This document shows, piece by piece, positions 44,156 through 53,006 of a stretch of DNA of 64,000 nt; the first letter of the stretch is position 1, and every line of letters starts with the position of its first letter. Source of the DNA: Bacteroidota bacterium (lineage in GTDB: Bacteria; Bacteroidota; Bacteroidia; 2-12-FULL-35-15); the NCBI GenBank assembly GCA_021323165.1, contig JAJTCJ010000034.1, positions 20,577-84,576 on the forward strand, read 5' to 3'. Position numbers and translations under genes: made by a program. The notes under the pieces are model-generated. The model was given only the letters and a program-made list of their open reading frames with translations. It was not told where the DNA came from and did not search any database.

Positions 44156-44673
44156 TAGTTTCTTCTTAAAGGAATGTATGTTTTATCATTCTCTATCACA
44201 ATGTGGCCCTGTTCTGATAGGCCTTTAATGATCTCAAAGAATAACTCTTTAACTATTACGTTATCGTTTTTCCAGAAGTGATTGACAGCGGCCTTAGCTG
44301 AATCTTCAATTCTTTCGATCTTATGAAAACCCATACGACCGATGTAAAAAATGAGAACGTCTGATTTAAGCTGCATTCGTTCATTCAGGAAAACATCGTT
44401 TTGCTTTTTTGCAACAGGATCAGAAGATGAATCAATTCTCTTGATTGCCCAGCCGGAATTATCGTTGAGAGCGCCACAGCTGAATTTCATATTATGTTTT
44501 TTTTCGATATACCTTATAAGCGTTCCTGGTGCAGCTTTTCTTTTCCAGTCTTTTTTCTCGAGCAGGACTGCCTCACCTGCTTTTAGGTTTATAATGGAAT
44601 TAAAAACGTGTGAACTTCTTCCTTTGCCTTTGATAGGAAGCTGCTCATATTCTTCAGCCGAAAGTTTTTTCAT
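44155..44673 (-). CDS. Hypothetical protein (172 aa from ATG 44673)
   Basis: ORF with a TAATG stop/start overlap with the downstream HEAT gene. No family recognised. Confidence 0.4.
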   Translation of the reverse strand: MKKLSAEEYEQLPIKGKGRSSHVFNSIINLKAGEAVLLEKKDWKRKAAPGTLIRYIEKKHNMKFSCGALNDNSGWAIKRIDSSSDPVAKKQNDVFLNERMQLKSDVLIFYIGRMGFHKIERIEDSAKAAVNHFWKNDNVIVKELFFEIIKGLSEQGHIVIENDKTYIPLRRN

Positions 44674-44911
44674 TTTGTGAATTATATGTGAAAAACTATT
44701 CAAAACTATGAAAAAACTCAATAAAAGCTAATTAAATGTGCATTATTTGTCAAATCAAGAATATATTAATGCTGTTTAAAGACTGTTTAATTGTTGTTTA
44801 AATTCCCCCTAAGCAATTAAATAGATTTTAAGGATCGAAAATACTTTCGAACTTGACATACATGGTCAGGAAAAATGGGAATTGAGAAAAAGGAAGCTTT
44901 GGAACTCTAAA

Positions 44912-45328
44912 TTATAATTTCCGTAGCATCACCACATATTCCTGCGGAACAAAAAGTTCGTTCCGGCAATAGATCAGCTTGCTTTTCATACACTCTGGAA
45001 ATGTACTCACGATGCTAAAATTGAAGGGAACAAAGTACTCAGGTATCACACAAACAAGATAAATATTCGATTGCGCTTTTCGAATGAGTTCCGCAACAAT
45101 GGCTTTTCCTATTCCTTTTCTTCTGCATTTGGTAATAACGCCTAAAGAACAAAGCTCAATGCAGTTGTGGTGTTTTCTTAACCTGCCAAAGCCCAGGACC
45201 TTCTCAGATTTCACTGCAGCCACGAATTGATCAGGATGCAGTTCGCGATCATCAAGTTCATACTCCTCAATGTGAAGTTTGATCTTTTCAAATTCTGTCG
45301 GGTTTGGAGTGCGGAGTATTAATTTCAT
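44912..45328 (-). CDS. GNAT-family N-acetyltransferase
   Basis: Acetyl-CoA-binding motif A RRKGIGKAIVAELIRKA. Start set at ATG 45328 because the slyD terminator hairpin occupies the ORF-track 5' extension. Confidence 0.75.
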   Translation of the reverse strand: MKLILRTPNPTEFEKIKLHIEEYELDDRELHPDQFVAAVKSEKVLGFGRLRKHHNCIELCSLGVITKCRRKGIGKAIVAELIRKAQSNIYLVCVIPEYFVPFNFSIVSTFPECMKSKLIYCRNELFVPQEYVVMLRKL

Positions 45329-45337
45329 TTCAATGCA

Positions 45338-45372
45338 ATAAAAAACAGCTGACAATATACTCATCAGCTGTT
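45338..45372 (-). terminator. Intrinsic terminator after slyD
   Basis: On the minus strand, ACAGCTGA-loop-TCAGCTGT followed by TTTTTTA. Confidence 0.6.
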
Positions 45373-45397
45373 TAATTTACTATTTTTTTCTAAAATT

Positions 45398-45904
45398 TTA
45401 GTGGTGATGTCCGTGTTCTCCGTGAACATGTCCATGATCAAGCTCATCCTTTGTTGCAGCACGTACATCAAGAACTTCGCCTGTAAAATGAAGATCCTGG
45501 CCCGCTAAAGGGTGATTAAAATCCATTTTCACGAATTCTTCATTGATTTCAAGAACCTGTCCGTACATACGGTTTCCATCGTTATCAACCATTGGTAAAG
45601 TAACACCAACTTTTACATTTTCTTCATCAAGTTTGCCGTCTTCACCCTGGAAAGCTCCGATAGGGATCATTACAACATGGTCTTCCTGGCGTGTACCATA
45701 ACCGTTTGCAGCATCAATAAAGAAGTCGAACTTATCTCCTTTTTTCTTACCATCAAGATTTTTTTCAAAATCAGGTAACAAGCCGCCTGTTCCAAAAAGA
45801 AAAACGAACGGATGTTCTGTGCTGGTCTGTTCTACCTGTTCTCCGGTCGATTTATTTTTAAGTGTGTAATTTACCGAAACCACACTGTTTTGTCCAATTG
45901 TCAT
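45398..45904 (-). CDS. slyD: FKBP-type peptidyl-prolyl cis-trans isomerase, SlyD-like, with a His-rich tail
   Basis: VSVNYTLK..GE..D.. FKBP core with an insert-in-flap region. C-terminal HGHVHGEHGHHH metal-binding tail. Confidence 0.85.
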   Translation of the reverse strand: MTIGQNSVVSVNYTLKNKSTGEQVEQTSTEHPFVFLFGTGGLLPDFEKNLDGKKKGDKFDFFIDAANGYGTRQEDHVVMIPIGAFQGEDGKLDEENVKVGVTLPMVDNDGNRMYGQVLEINEEFVKMDFNHPLAGQDLHFTGEVLDVRAATKDELDHGHVHGEHGHHH

Positions 45905-46041
45905 TTGATTATAATTTTTATTAATAATGGGCGCAAAAGTAAGTTAATCAAATAATTAAACCATGAAAATTGTGATTTATTTTCAATTGTGCCCGCCATT
46001 GTAGAGGAAGTTTTAACTTTAAGCTTCGAAAATTAAAATGC

Positions 46042-47196
46042 ATGCAATATCCCGGATTGATCCTTAGTAAGCTCCCTAAAGTTGGAACCACCATATTTAC
46101 CGTAATGAGTAAACTTGCCGCAGAACATAATGCGATCAATCTTTCTCAGGGTTTCCCCGATTTTAACTGCGATGAAAAGCTCACCGACCTGGTAAGTAAG
46201 CACATGAAAGCGGGACGTAATCAATACGCTCCCATGCCGGGATTAATGAGTCTGCGCGAAATGCTTGCGCAGAAAACAGAAGAGCTTTACAAAGCCAAAT
46301 ACGATCCGGAAACAGAGATCACTATTACTGCCGGTGCAACCCAGGCTATTTATACTGCTATTACCGCTATTATTCGTGAAGGCGATGAGGTGATCATCTT
46401 TGAACCGGCATATGATTGTTATCAACCGGCAGTAGAGCTTAATGGCGGCAAAACAATTTACCTTCAGCTGAAAGCGCCCGGTTATTTCATTGATTGGGAA
46501 GAGGTGAAGAAAGTGCTGAGTCACCGAACTAAAATGATCATTATAAATAGTCCGCATAACCCTACCGGAAGTATAATGTCGGCTGAGGATATGAAGCAGC
46601 TTGAAAAACTTACCAAGGACTCCGACATTGTCATCATTAGCGATGAGGTGTATGAACATATCATCTTTGACGACAAGTCCCATCAGAGTGTTGCACGTTA
46701 TCCGAAGCTTGCACAGAGAAGTTTTATCATTTCATCTTTTGGGAAAACGTATCATACCACAGGTTGGAAAATGGGTTATTGTGTGGCACCGCAGAATCTG
46801 ATGGCTGAGTTTCGCAAGGTTCATCAGTTCCTGGTGTTCTCATGCAACACTCCTATTCAGTATGCGCTTGACGAATACCTTCGCGACAAATCAAACTATC
46901 TCGAACTTGGAAAATTTTACCAGGAGAAACGCGATTATTTTATAAAGCAGATAAAGAACTCCAGGTTCGCTTTCACTCCTGCGGCCGGAACTTATTTTCA
47001 ATTATTGAATTATAATAAGATCACAAAAGAAAAGGAAGCTGATTACGCGATCCGTTTAACAAAAGAATTCGGTATTGCATCAATTCCTATTTCTGCATTT
47101 TATCACGAGAAGATCGATAATAAAGTATTACGATTTTGTTTTGCAAAAAAAGAAGAAACGCTTGATAAAGCAGCGGAGATCATAAACAGGATTTGA
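46042..47196 (+). CDS. Class I/II PLP-dependent aminotransferase (methionine/glutamine aminotransferase, YbdL-like)
   Basis: SKLPKVGTTIFTVMSKLA..INLSQGFPDF N-terminus, NSPHNPTG, and the PLP-lysine context SSFGKTYHTTGWKMGY. Confidence 0.85.
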   Translation: MQYPGLILSKLPKVGTTIFTVMSKLAAEHNAINLSQGFPDFNCDEKLTDLVSKHMKAGRNQYAPMPGLMSLREMLAQKTEELYKAKYDPETEITITAGATQAIYTAITAIIREGDEVIIFEPAYDCYQPAVELNGGKTIYLQLKAPGYFIDWEEVKKVLSHRTKMIIINSPHNPTGSIMSAEDMKQLEKLTKDSDIVIISDEVYEHIIFDDKSHQSVARYPKLAQRSFIISSFGKTYHTTGWKMGYCVAPQNLMAEFRKVHQFLVFSCNTPIQYALDEYLRDKSNYLELGKFYQEKRDYFIKQIKNSRFAFTPAAGTYFQLLNYNKITKEKEADYAIRLTKEFGIASIPISAFYHEKIDNKVLRFCFAKKEETLDKAAEIINRI

Positions 47197-47219
47197 TTGG
47201 GATTTTGTTCTGTGTGCTG

Positions 47220-47366
47220 GTCATCCTGAACTTGTTTCAGGATCTGCGCGATGGATAAGCCAATAGCATTTTTCTGCTGTCATGTCGAGCACAGCCGAGA
47301 CATCTTGTTCCGGGCGGTGGCCCCAGAAAATAACGAATCAGATCCCTCGGGCAAGCTCGGGATGAC
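47220..47366. repeat. Three family-1 hairpin repeats in the aminotransferase / omega-amidase spacer
   Basis: GTCATCCTGAACTTGTTTCAGGATC (47220-47244), GTCATGTCGAGCACAGCCGAGACATC (47279-47304) and the reverse complement of GTCATCCCGAGCTTGCCCGAGGGATC (47341-47366). Confidence 0.8.
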
Positions 47367-47393
47367 ATTATAGTCAAGAACTAAATAATCAAA

Positions 47394-48176
47394 ATGAACA
47401 ACCTCAAAATAACACTCATACAATCCGACCTTCACTGGGAAAGCAAGTCAAAGAACATTGAAATGTTTTCTGAAAAGATAGATACGATCTCTGAACCCAC
47501 TGATTTAATCATCCTTCCGGAAATGTTTACCACCGGCTTCAGCATGCATCCTGAAAAATTTGCTGAAGGCATGAACGGGATCACAATAGGCTGGATTAAA
47601 GACAAGGCAAAAGAAAAAGATTGCGTGATCACCGGAAGTTTTATTTGTGAGGAGAATAACAAATACTACAACCGCCTTGTTTGGATGAAGCCTGACGGGA
47701 CTTTCAGTCATTATGATAAGAGACATCTGTTCAGCATGGGTGATGAGAACAATCATTATACATGCGGTTATGAAAGGATCATGGAAGAAATTAAAGGCTG
47801 GAAGATCTGTCCGCTTATCTGTTATGACCTACGCTTTCCTGTATGGTCCAGGAACGTTGCATCATACCCATACGACCTTTTAATATACATTGCAAACTGG
47901 CCTGAAAGAAGATCACATCCATGGAAAACATTGCTGCTAGCACGTGCCATAGAAAACCAGTGTTATGTTGCAGGAGTAAACCGAATAGGAAATGATAACA
48001 ACGAAATTTATCATTCCGGTGATTCTGCTGTAATTAATCCAAAAGGCGAGATCATCAGCAAAATTCCTCCGCACGAATCATTCATTGAAACGGTGACTTT
48101 AAATTATGATGAGCTTTCAGAATTCAGAAAAGTGTTTCCTGTTTTGAAGGATGGGGATAGGTTTGGGATTAAATAA
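47394..48176 (+). CDS. Carbon-nitrogen hydrolase family amidohydrolase (omega-amidase, YafV/Nit2-like)
   Basis: Nitrilase-superfamily triad contexts: LIILPEMF (Glu), YDKRHLF (Lys), ICPLICYDLRFP (Cys). Confidence 0.85.
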   Translation: MNNLKITLIQSDLHWESKSKNIEMFSEKIDTISEPTDLIILPEMFTTGFSMHPEKFAEGMNGITIGWIKDKAKEKDCVITGSFICEENNKYYNRLVWMKPDGTFSHYDKRHLFSMGDENNHYTCGYERIMEEIKGWKICPLICYDLRFPVWSRNVASYPYDLLIYIANWPERRSHPWKTLLLARAIENQCYVAGVNRIGNDNNEIYHSGDSAVINPKGEIISKIPPHESFIETVTLNYDELSEFRKVFPVLKDGDRFGIK

Positions 48177-48190
48177 ATGTTTGTTAGTAC

Positions 48191-48222
48191 GTCATTGCGA
48201 GGGCTTTTCGCCCGAAGCAATC
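48191..48222 (+). repeat. Family-1 hairpin repeat variant GTCATTGCGAGGGCTTTTCGCCCGAAGCAATC
   Basis: Begins 15 nt after the amidase stop. Imperfect inverted repeat ATTGCGAGGGC / GCCCGAAGCAAT. Confidence 0.75.
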
Positions 48223-48692
48223 TCATTTCCAATATATTCTCTTTTTCTTTTTTCTTGATAAAAAAGAAACAAAAAATCAAGGCCGGACGATTCCTCCCGC
48301 TCTGCCATTTTCAGGAAAACCTACAGCAAAAAAACTGAAGTTTTTGCTAAGGTTTTCACTGAAAATAGCATTCACATCTTGACGACATCGCGTCCAGCCA
48401 AGTCTCACCCGCGGCTCCGTGATCACGATTCTTTAAATCATTAATGATATTACGTTATAAAATGGAGGTTGTGCTCAAAGGGTTGAGATTTCTTTTCATT
48501 AAGCGATAGCGGTAAATGATTGCTATTAAAATTAAATTGCGGAGTGAGATGATTAGTGCAATAAATTTATCCGCGGTTCTTCTGGAGCAAAGCGTAAGAA
48601 GAAATTGCCTTATGAAAAGAAAAGGTTTTTGTAACTTTTTGCCTTCAAAAAGTTTGAAAACGTTTTGGAAAATCTGCGGCTATTAATTGAAA

Positions 48693-48716
48693 GTGGTTTC
48701 GAGAGCCTCAACCACC
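48693..48716 (-). repeat. Hairpin repeat GTGGTTTCGAGAGCCTCAACCACC (copy 1 of 2)
   Basis: Second copy at 49041-49064, with a shared upstream AATCTG(C/T)GGC. Related to GTTTCGACAGGCTCAACATGAC at 21004. Confidence 0.75.
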
Positions 48717-48722
48717 AAGACA

Positions 48723-48878
48723 TTAGCAATTAGCCGGACACTTTTTACAGCGTTTCTCTGTCTTGAATTTTTTACAGCACTTCTTTTTCTTCTTCAACTC
48801 AATTACCTCCGGATAGAAACTCCATAAGCTGCTGATGCTTTTTTCGGTTATTGGCTGTATGTTTAAAAATGGCTGCAT
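48723..48878 (-). CDS. Candidate small Cys/Lys-rich protein (51 aa), below the ORF-track cutoff
   Basis: My translation is MQPFLNIQPITEKSISSLWSFYPEVIELKKKKKCCKKFKTEKRCKKCPANC. An exact -7 box TATTTTTG (minus strand, 48895-48902) lies 16 nt upstream of the ATG, and a hairpin repeat follows the stop. Confidence 0.3.
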   Translation of the reverse strand: MQPFLNIQPITEKSISSLWSFYPEVIELKKKKKCCKKFKTEKRCKKCPANC

Positions 48879-49040
48879 ATAATATTATATACAACAAAAA
48901 TACCAGCATAAAATTGCACAGACAATACCTAAATGATGGTATTTATGTATTGTTCATGGATAAAATCAATCGGGAAGCGATAATAATCTGCAACAATTTA
49001 AAATCAGTGAATCTGTGGCAGCTGGTTTAGGCTTGTGGCG

Positions 49041-49064
49041 TTGGTTTCGAGAGCCTCAACCACC
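49041..49064 (-). repeat. Hairpin repeat TTGGTTTCGAGAGCCTCAACCACC (copy 2 of 2)
   Basis: 23 of 24 nt identical to 48693-48716. Confidence 0.75.
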
Positions 49065-49282
49065 TAACACAGCTATCCGTTTTTAATCATAACAATCCGC
49101 TGAATCAGCAGCCTGCCCCGATGACATTCGGGGTTCCATCACTCACAGAATGCTACGCTCAATAGCAAAATTATCAACATCAGTAAAGGTTAGCTCAAAT
49201 TCCTTAATTTTACACTTAGAACAAAAAACAGGAGATTTTATTTAAATTTTTGCATTAACCGGATATTGGCTACAGAAAAATT

Positions 49283-50992
49283 ATGGAAAAAAGGTGGGTG
49301 GTAAAGCCAAAAACTGATGAAGCTATTGTAGCGAATCTCGCTCAGGAACTGGGCATTGATAAGGTACTATCAAATCTCCTCGTTCAGCGCGGAATAACAA
49401 CATTCGCGGAAGCAAAAAAATTCTTTCGTCCTTCCCTTGATGATCTTCATGATCCTTTTTTAATGAAGGACATGGACAAAGCAATTGCCCGCCTGGAAAC
49501 TGCTATTAAGAACAACGAGAAAATTCTTGTGTATGGCGATTATGATGTGGATGGCACAACTGCAGTTTCCCTTGTTTATACTTTTCTGAAGAATCATCAT
49601 CCTCAAATCGATTATTACATTCCGGACCGTTACACAGAAGGATACGGGATTTCCTTTATGGGAATTGATTTCGCCAAAGAGAATGGCTTTACCCTCATTA
49701 TTGCGCTCGATTGCGGTATAAAAGCAAATGATAAAGTGGATTATGCAAAAGAACGCGGAATCGATTTTATAATTTGTGATCACCATCGTCCGGGCGATAC
49801 ATTGCCAAATGCAGCAGCTGTTCTGGATCCGAAGCGGAGTGACTGTTCTTATCCTTTTAATGAGTTATGCGGATGCGGAGTTGGATTTAAGCTGGTTCAG
49901 GCATATTCATTAAGGAACAATATTCCTTTTTCTGAGCTGGAACAATATCTTGATCTTACTGCAATTTCAATCGCATCTGATCTTGTCCCAATCGTTGGTG
50001 AGAACCGCATTCTTTGCTATTTCGGGCTTCAGCAGATAAATAAAGCTCCTCGCAGAGGAATAAAAGCGGTATTGGAACTTGCTAATATCAAGAAAGAGAT
50101 CACAATGAATGAGCTTGTTTTCACGATCGGACCGAGAATAAATGCTGCGGGAAGGTTGGAAACAGGACGTAATGCAGTGGCTCTCCTGATCTCAGATAAT
50201 AATGATCATGCTGCCGAAAGCGGTAAAAGCATTAATATCACCAATACTGAAAGAAGAAGCATTGATGTTACCATCACACAGCATGCACTCAGCATGATTG
50301 AAGGCAACATGGAGCTTACAACACGAAAGAGCACCGTTCTTTTTTGTCCGGATTGGCATAAAGGCGTGGTTGGAATTGTTGCTTCCCGCATGATCGAGAA
50401 ATATTACCGCCCGACTATCATACTTACAGAATCCAATGGTAAGGCTACCGGTTCTGCACGAAGTGTAAAAGACTTTGATGTATATGATGCGATTGAAGCC
50501 TGCAGTGATCTCCTGGAGCAGTTTGGCGGACATAAATACGCGGCAGGATTAACATTGAAGCTGGAGAACCTTGCAGCATTTCAGCAAAAGTTTGAAGAAG
50601 TGGTTTCTTCTACCATCCAAGATCACATGCTGATCCCGGAGATTGAAATAGATGAAGAGATTGAGCTTAGTGATATCACTCCTAAATTTTTCCGCATTTT
50701 AAATCAGTTCTCACCGTTCGGACCCGGAAATATGTCGCCAGTGTTTATGGCTAAAAACTTGGTGGATAAAGGCGGAGTTCGCATTGTCGGCAATAACCAT
50801 TTAAAAATGGACATTCATTGCATTGAAAAAGATGAGCTGTGTTTTCCTACCATTGCTTTTTCACAAGCCAAACATTTTGATGATGTTCTTCGTAAAAAGC
50901 CTTTCAGCGCCTGCTTTTCAATTGAAGAAAATGTTTTTAACGGAAGTGTTTCTTTACAGTTGAATGTAAAGGATATGAAGATTGAGGGGTAG
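49283..50992 (+). CDS. recJ: Single-stranded-DNA-specific exonuclease RecJ
   Basis: DHH-family motifs: VYGDYDVDGTT, ALDCG, ICDHHRP. DHHA1 region GGHKYAAG. 569 aa. Confidence 0.9.
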   Translation: MEKRWVVKPKTDEAIVANLAQELGIDKVLSNLLVQRGITTFAEAKKFFRPSLDDLHDPFLMKDMDKAIARLETAIKNNEKILVYGDYDVDGTTAVSLVYTFLKNHHPQIDYYIPDRYTEGYGISFMGIDFAKENGFTLIIALDCGIKANDKVDYAKERGIDFIICDHHRPGDTLPNAAAVLDPKRSDCSYPFNELCGCGVGFKLVQAYSLRNNIPFSELEQYLDLTAISIASDLVPIVGENRILCYFGLQQINKAPRRGIKAVLELANIKKEITMNELVFTIGPRINAAGRLETGRNAVALLISDNNDHAAESGKSINITNTERRSIDVTITQHALSMIEGNMELTTRKSTVLFCPDWHKGVVGIVASRMIEKYYRPTIILTESNGKATGSARSVKDFDVYDAIEACSDLLEQFGGHKYAAGLTLKLENLAAFQQKFEEVVSSTIQDHMLIPEIEIDEEIELSDITPKFFRILNQFSPFGPGNMSPVFMAKNLVDKGGVRIVGNNHLKMDIHCIEKDELCFPTIAFSQAKHFDDVLRKKPFSACFSIEENVFNGSVSLQLNVKDMKIEG

Positions 50993-51176
50993 TTTTTTTT
51001 TGACAGGTTTTAATAACCTACGGTACACCGTAGTTTTGATTTCAGAAAAACCGGAAAAGAAGAAGGTATAAGTACCTAAAAAGAGATATACAGCCTTCTT
51101 AAGCAGTAGTGGTCATATAAACTGTTTTCATGAGGAAAAGAGAAAGCACTTAATTACTCTTAGTAACTATGCTACT

Positions 51177-53006
51177 TTAATTTGAGATGAGAACCTTTCG
51201 TGCGAATGTACCAGCAGCAGTTTTAATACTCAAAAAGTACACACCATTGGGTTGATTGCGAATGTCAATTTGAACGAAATTCGAATTCGACATTTCGGTG
51301 TACAATGTTTCTCCTAATAAGTTTCGGATTTTCAATTCTAATATTTTGGTTTCAGAATCTATCATCAATAAACCATCAGAAGGATTTGGGAAAACTCTAG
51401 GTGTATTGCTTTCTCTATTTGTTCCCTGAATACTTGTTACAATGCTCCCATTTTGCACATTAAGAGAAAAGCCAGTATTACGTATTATGTTTCCCGAAGT
51501 GTCTTTCCCGATAGTGTGGCAATAAGTACATGTATCACCCAACCCGCTATAAATTGTCATACATACATTATAGAGAGAGTCTACCTGATAATTGTGGATA
51601 GGAGAATTTAAAGTGGATATATTTCCATCACCAAAATCCCACAGGTAACTTATTGCTGTTGCTGTTGTCGCAGAGTCAACTGTTAAAGTAAAAGTATTCG
51701 AAGTACTGTCATAAGCGGTTGAATAAAATGCTGGAACGAGAGTAACGTTAGTAGTTACAATACTATCTCCACAACCAAGAATAGAACTGAGAGTATCTAT
51801 ATAAATTCCACTGGATGAATACGTATGAGTACCAATAGTTACAAAGGAACCTGGGCATATGCGTAAAGATTGGATTGTAGCATTAGGTATCTTGCATACC
51901 TTAAAGACCGTTCCAACGCTATTAGACCCACCATTCCTTGCCGTTCCATATAGGTAGTGCCCATCAGAAATAAGTGAACCATAAGGATTGCTTCCAGTTA
52001 CATTTTCATCTAAATTAAACACCGTGGTAAAATCACTCCCATCAGGTTTGATTCTAAAAACCACTCCAAAAGAATTAAGGCCGCCCCATTTGGAAAGCCC
52101 ATATAAATCTGTTCCATCATATATCAGAGACCCTAATGGATTTGTAGGATCAGGTGAAAAACCAAAATCATGTAATTTAACGAAGTCAGTTCCATCCATT
52201 TTAATTTTAAAAATAGTCCCTACGGTATTAATACCACCATTTTCTGTCAAGCCATAAAAATAATTACCATCAGTAACTAAAGAGCCACCTGGCCATCTAC
52301 CTGTTAAGTAGTCTTCAAACTCGAAAATTTTTAAATATCCGGTTCCATCTGGTTTTATTTTAAAAATAGTTCCATCACCATTAACTCCGCCTTCCCTTGT
52401 TAAACCATACAAAAAAGTCCCATCTGAAATTAATTCCCCTTTTGGAATTCGGCCGTTTGATATACCAGTAAAATTTAGAATTCTAGAATAGCCTGAGCCA
52501 TCTGGCATTATTTTAAATATTGTCCCTTGGCTATTAGTACCACCAAACATCGTCATACCATATAAAAATATTCCATCATCATAAAACCCTCCTGATGGAT
52601 TAAACCCATCTGGATTGGTGCCGAAATCCCTTAGCTTCACAAAGTTAGTTCCATCAGACATTATTTTAAAAGCTACCCCCGAATTATTAATTCCTCCGAA
52701 CTTGGTCATTCCAAATAATTCGGAGCCACGAATTAACAGGGTGCCTTCAGGACCCTTACCATCAGCGGTGCCGCTAAAATCATATAACTTAAGATAATTG
52801 CTTCCGTCAGGTTTAATTTTAAAAATAGTTCCATAATTATAAGATCCACCCTCGGATGTCATTCCATAAAGAAATACTCCGTCTGATACAAGTGAACCAA
52901 CCGGACGTCCACCATTGACAGAATAGTCGAAGTCCAATAATTTGGTATATTGAGCTTTTGACACGATAGTACTTAAAAATAAAAAGAGAAAAGTAAGCTG
53001 TTTCAT
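51177..53006 (-). CDS. Secreted protein with about 7 GloVer-type tandem repeats, a PKD-like segment and a T9SS type-A C-terminal domain
   Basis: Recurring ~47-aa unit ..GG.N..GTIFKI.PDG..(Y/F).K(L/I).(D/E)F.. matches the choice-of-anchor GloVer tandem repeat as I recall it. LWDFGDGN..H.Y is PKD-like. Tail ..VFPNPSDGLLMID..GVYFLSIKT... ATG 53006 gives a clean signal peptide. Confidence 0.7.
   Translation of the reverse strand: MKQLTFLFLFLSTIVSKAQYTKLLDFDYSVNGGRPVGSLVSDGVFLYGMTSEGGSYNYGTIFKIKPDGSNYLKLYDFSGTADGKGPEGTLLIRGSELFGMTKFGGINNSGVAFKIMSDGTNFVKLRDFGTNPDGFNPSGGFYDDGIFLYGMTMFGGTNSQGTIFKIMPDGSGYSRILNFTGISNGRIPKGELISDGTFLYGLTREGGVNGDGTIFKIKPDGTGYLKIFEFEDYLTGRWPGGSLVTDGNYFYGLTENGGINTVGTIFKIKMDGTDFVKLHDFGFSPDPTNPLGSLIYDGTDLYGLSKWGGLNSFGVVFRIKPDGSDFTTVFNLDENVTGSNPYGSLISDGHYLYGTARNGGSNSVGTVFKVCKIPNATIQSLRICPGSFVTIGTHTYSSSGIYIDTLSSILGCGDSIVTTNVTLVPAFYSTAYDSTSNTFTLTVDSATTATAISYLWDFGDGNISTLNSPIHNYQVDSLYNVCMTIYSGLGDTCTYCHTIGKDTSGNIIRNTGFSLNVQNGSIVTSIQGTNRESNTPRVFPNPSDGLLMIDSETKILELKIRNLLGETLYTEMSNSNFVQIDIRNQPNGVYFLSIKTAAGTFARKVLISN

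Noticed and set aside
48177-49282. Known structured RNA gene (RNase P RNA, tmRNA, SRP/4.5S, 6S) in the ORF-poor region.
   Set aside because: I did not find the hallmark strings: GAGGAAAGTCC-type P4, the tmRNA tRNA-like ends and tag ORF, or the SRP GGAA/AGCA domain IV loop. A covariance-model scan is needed for anything else.
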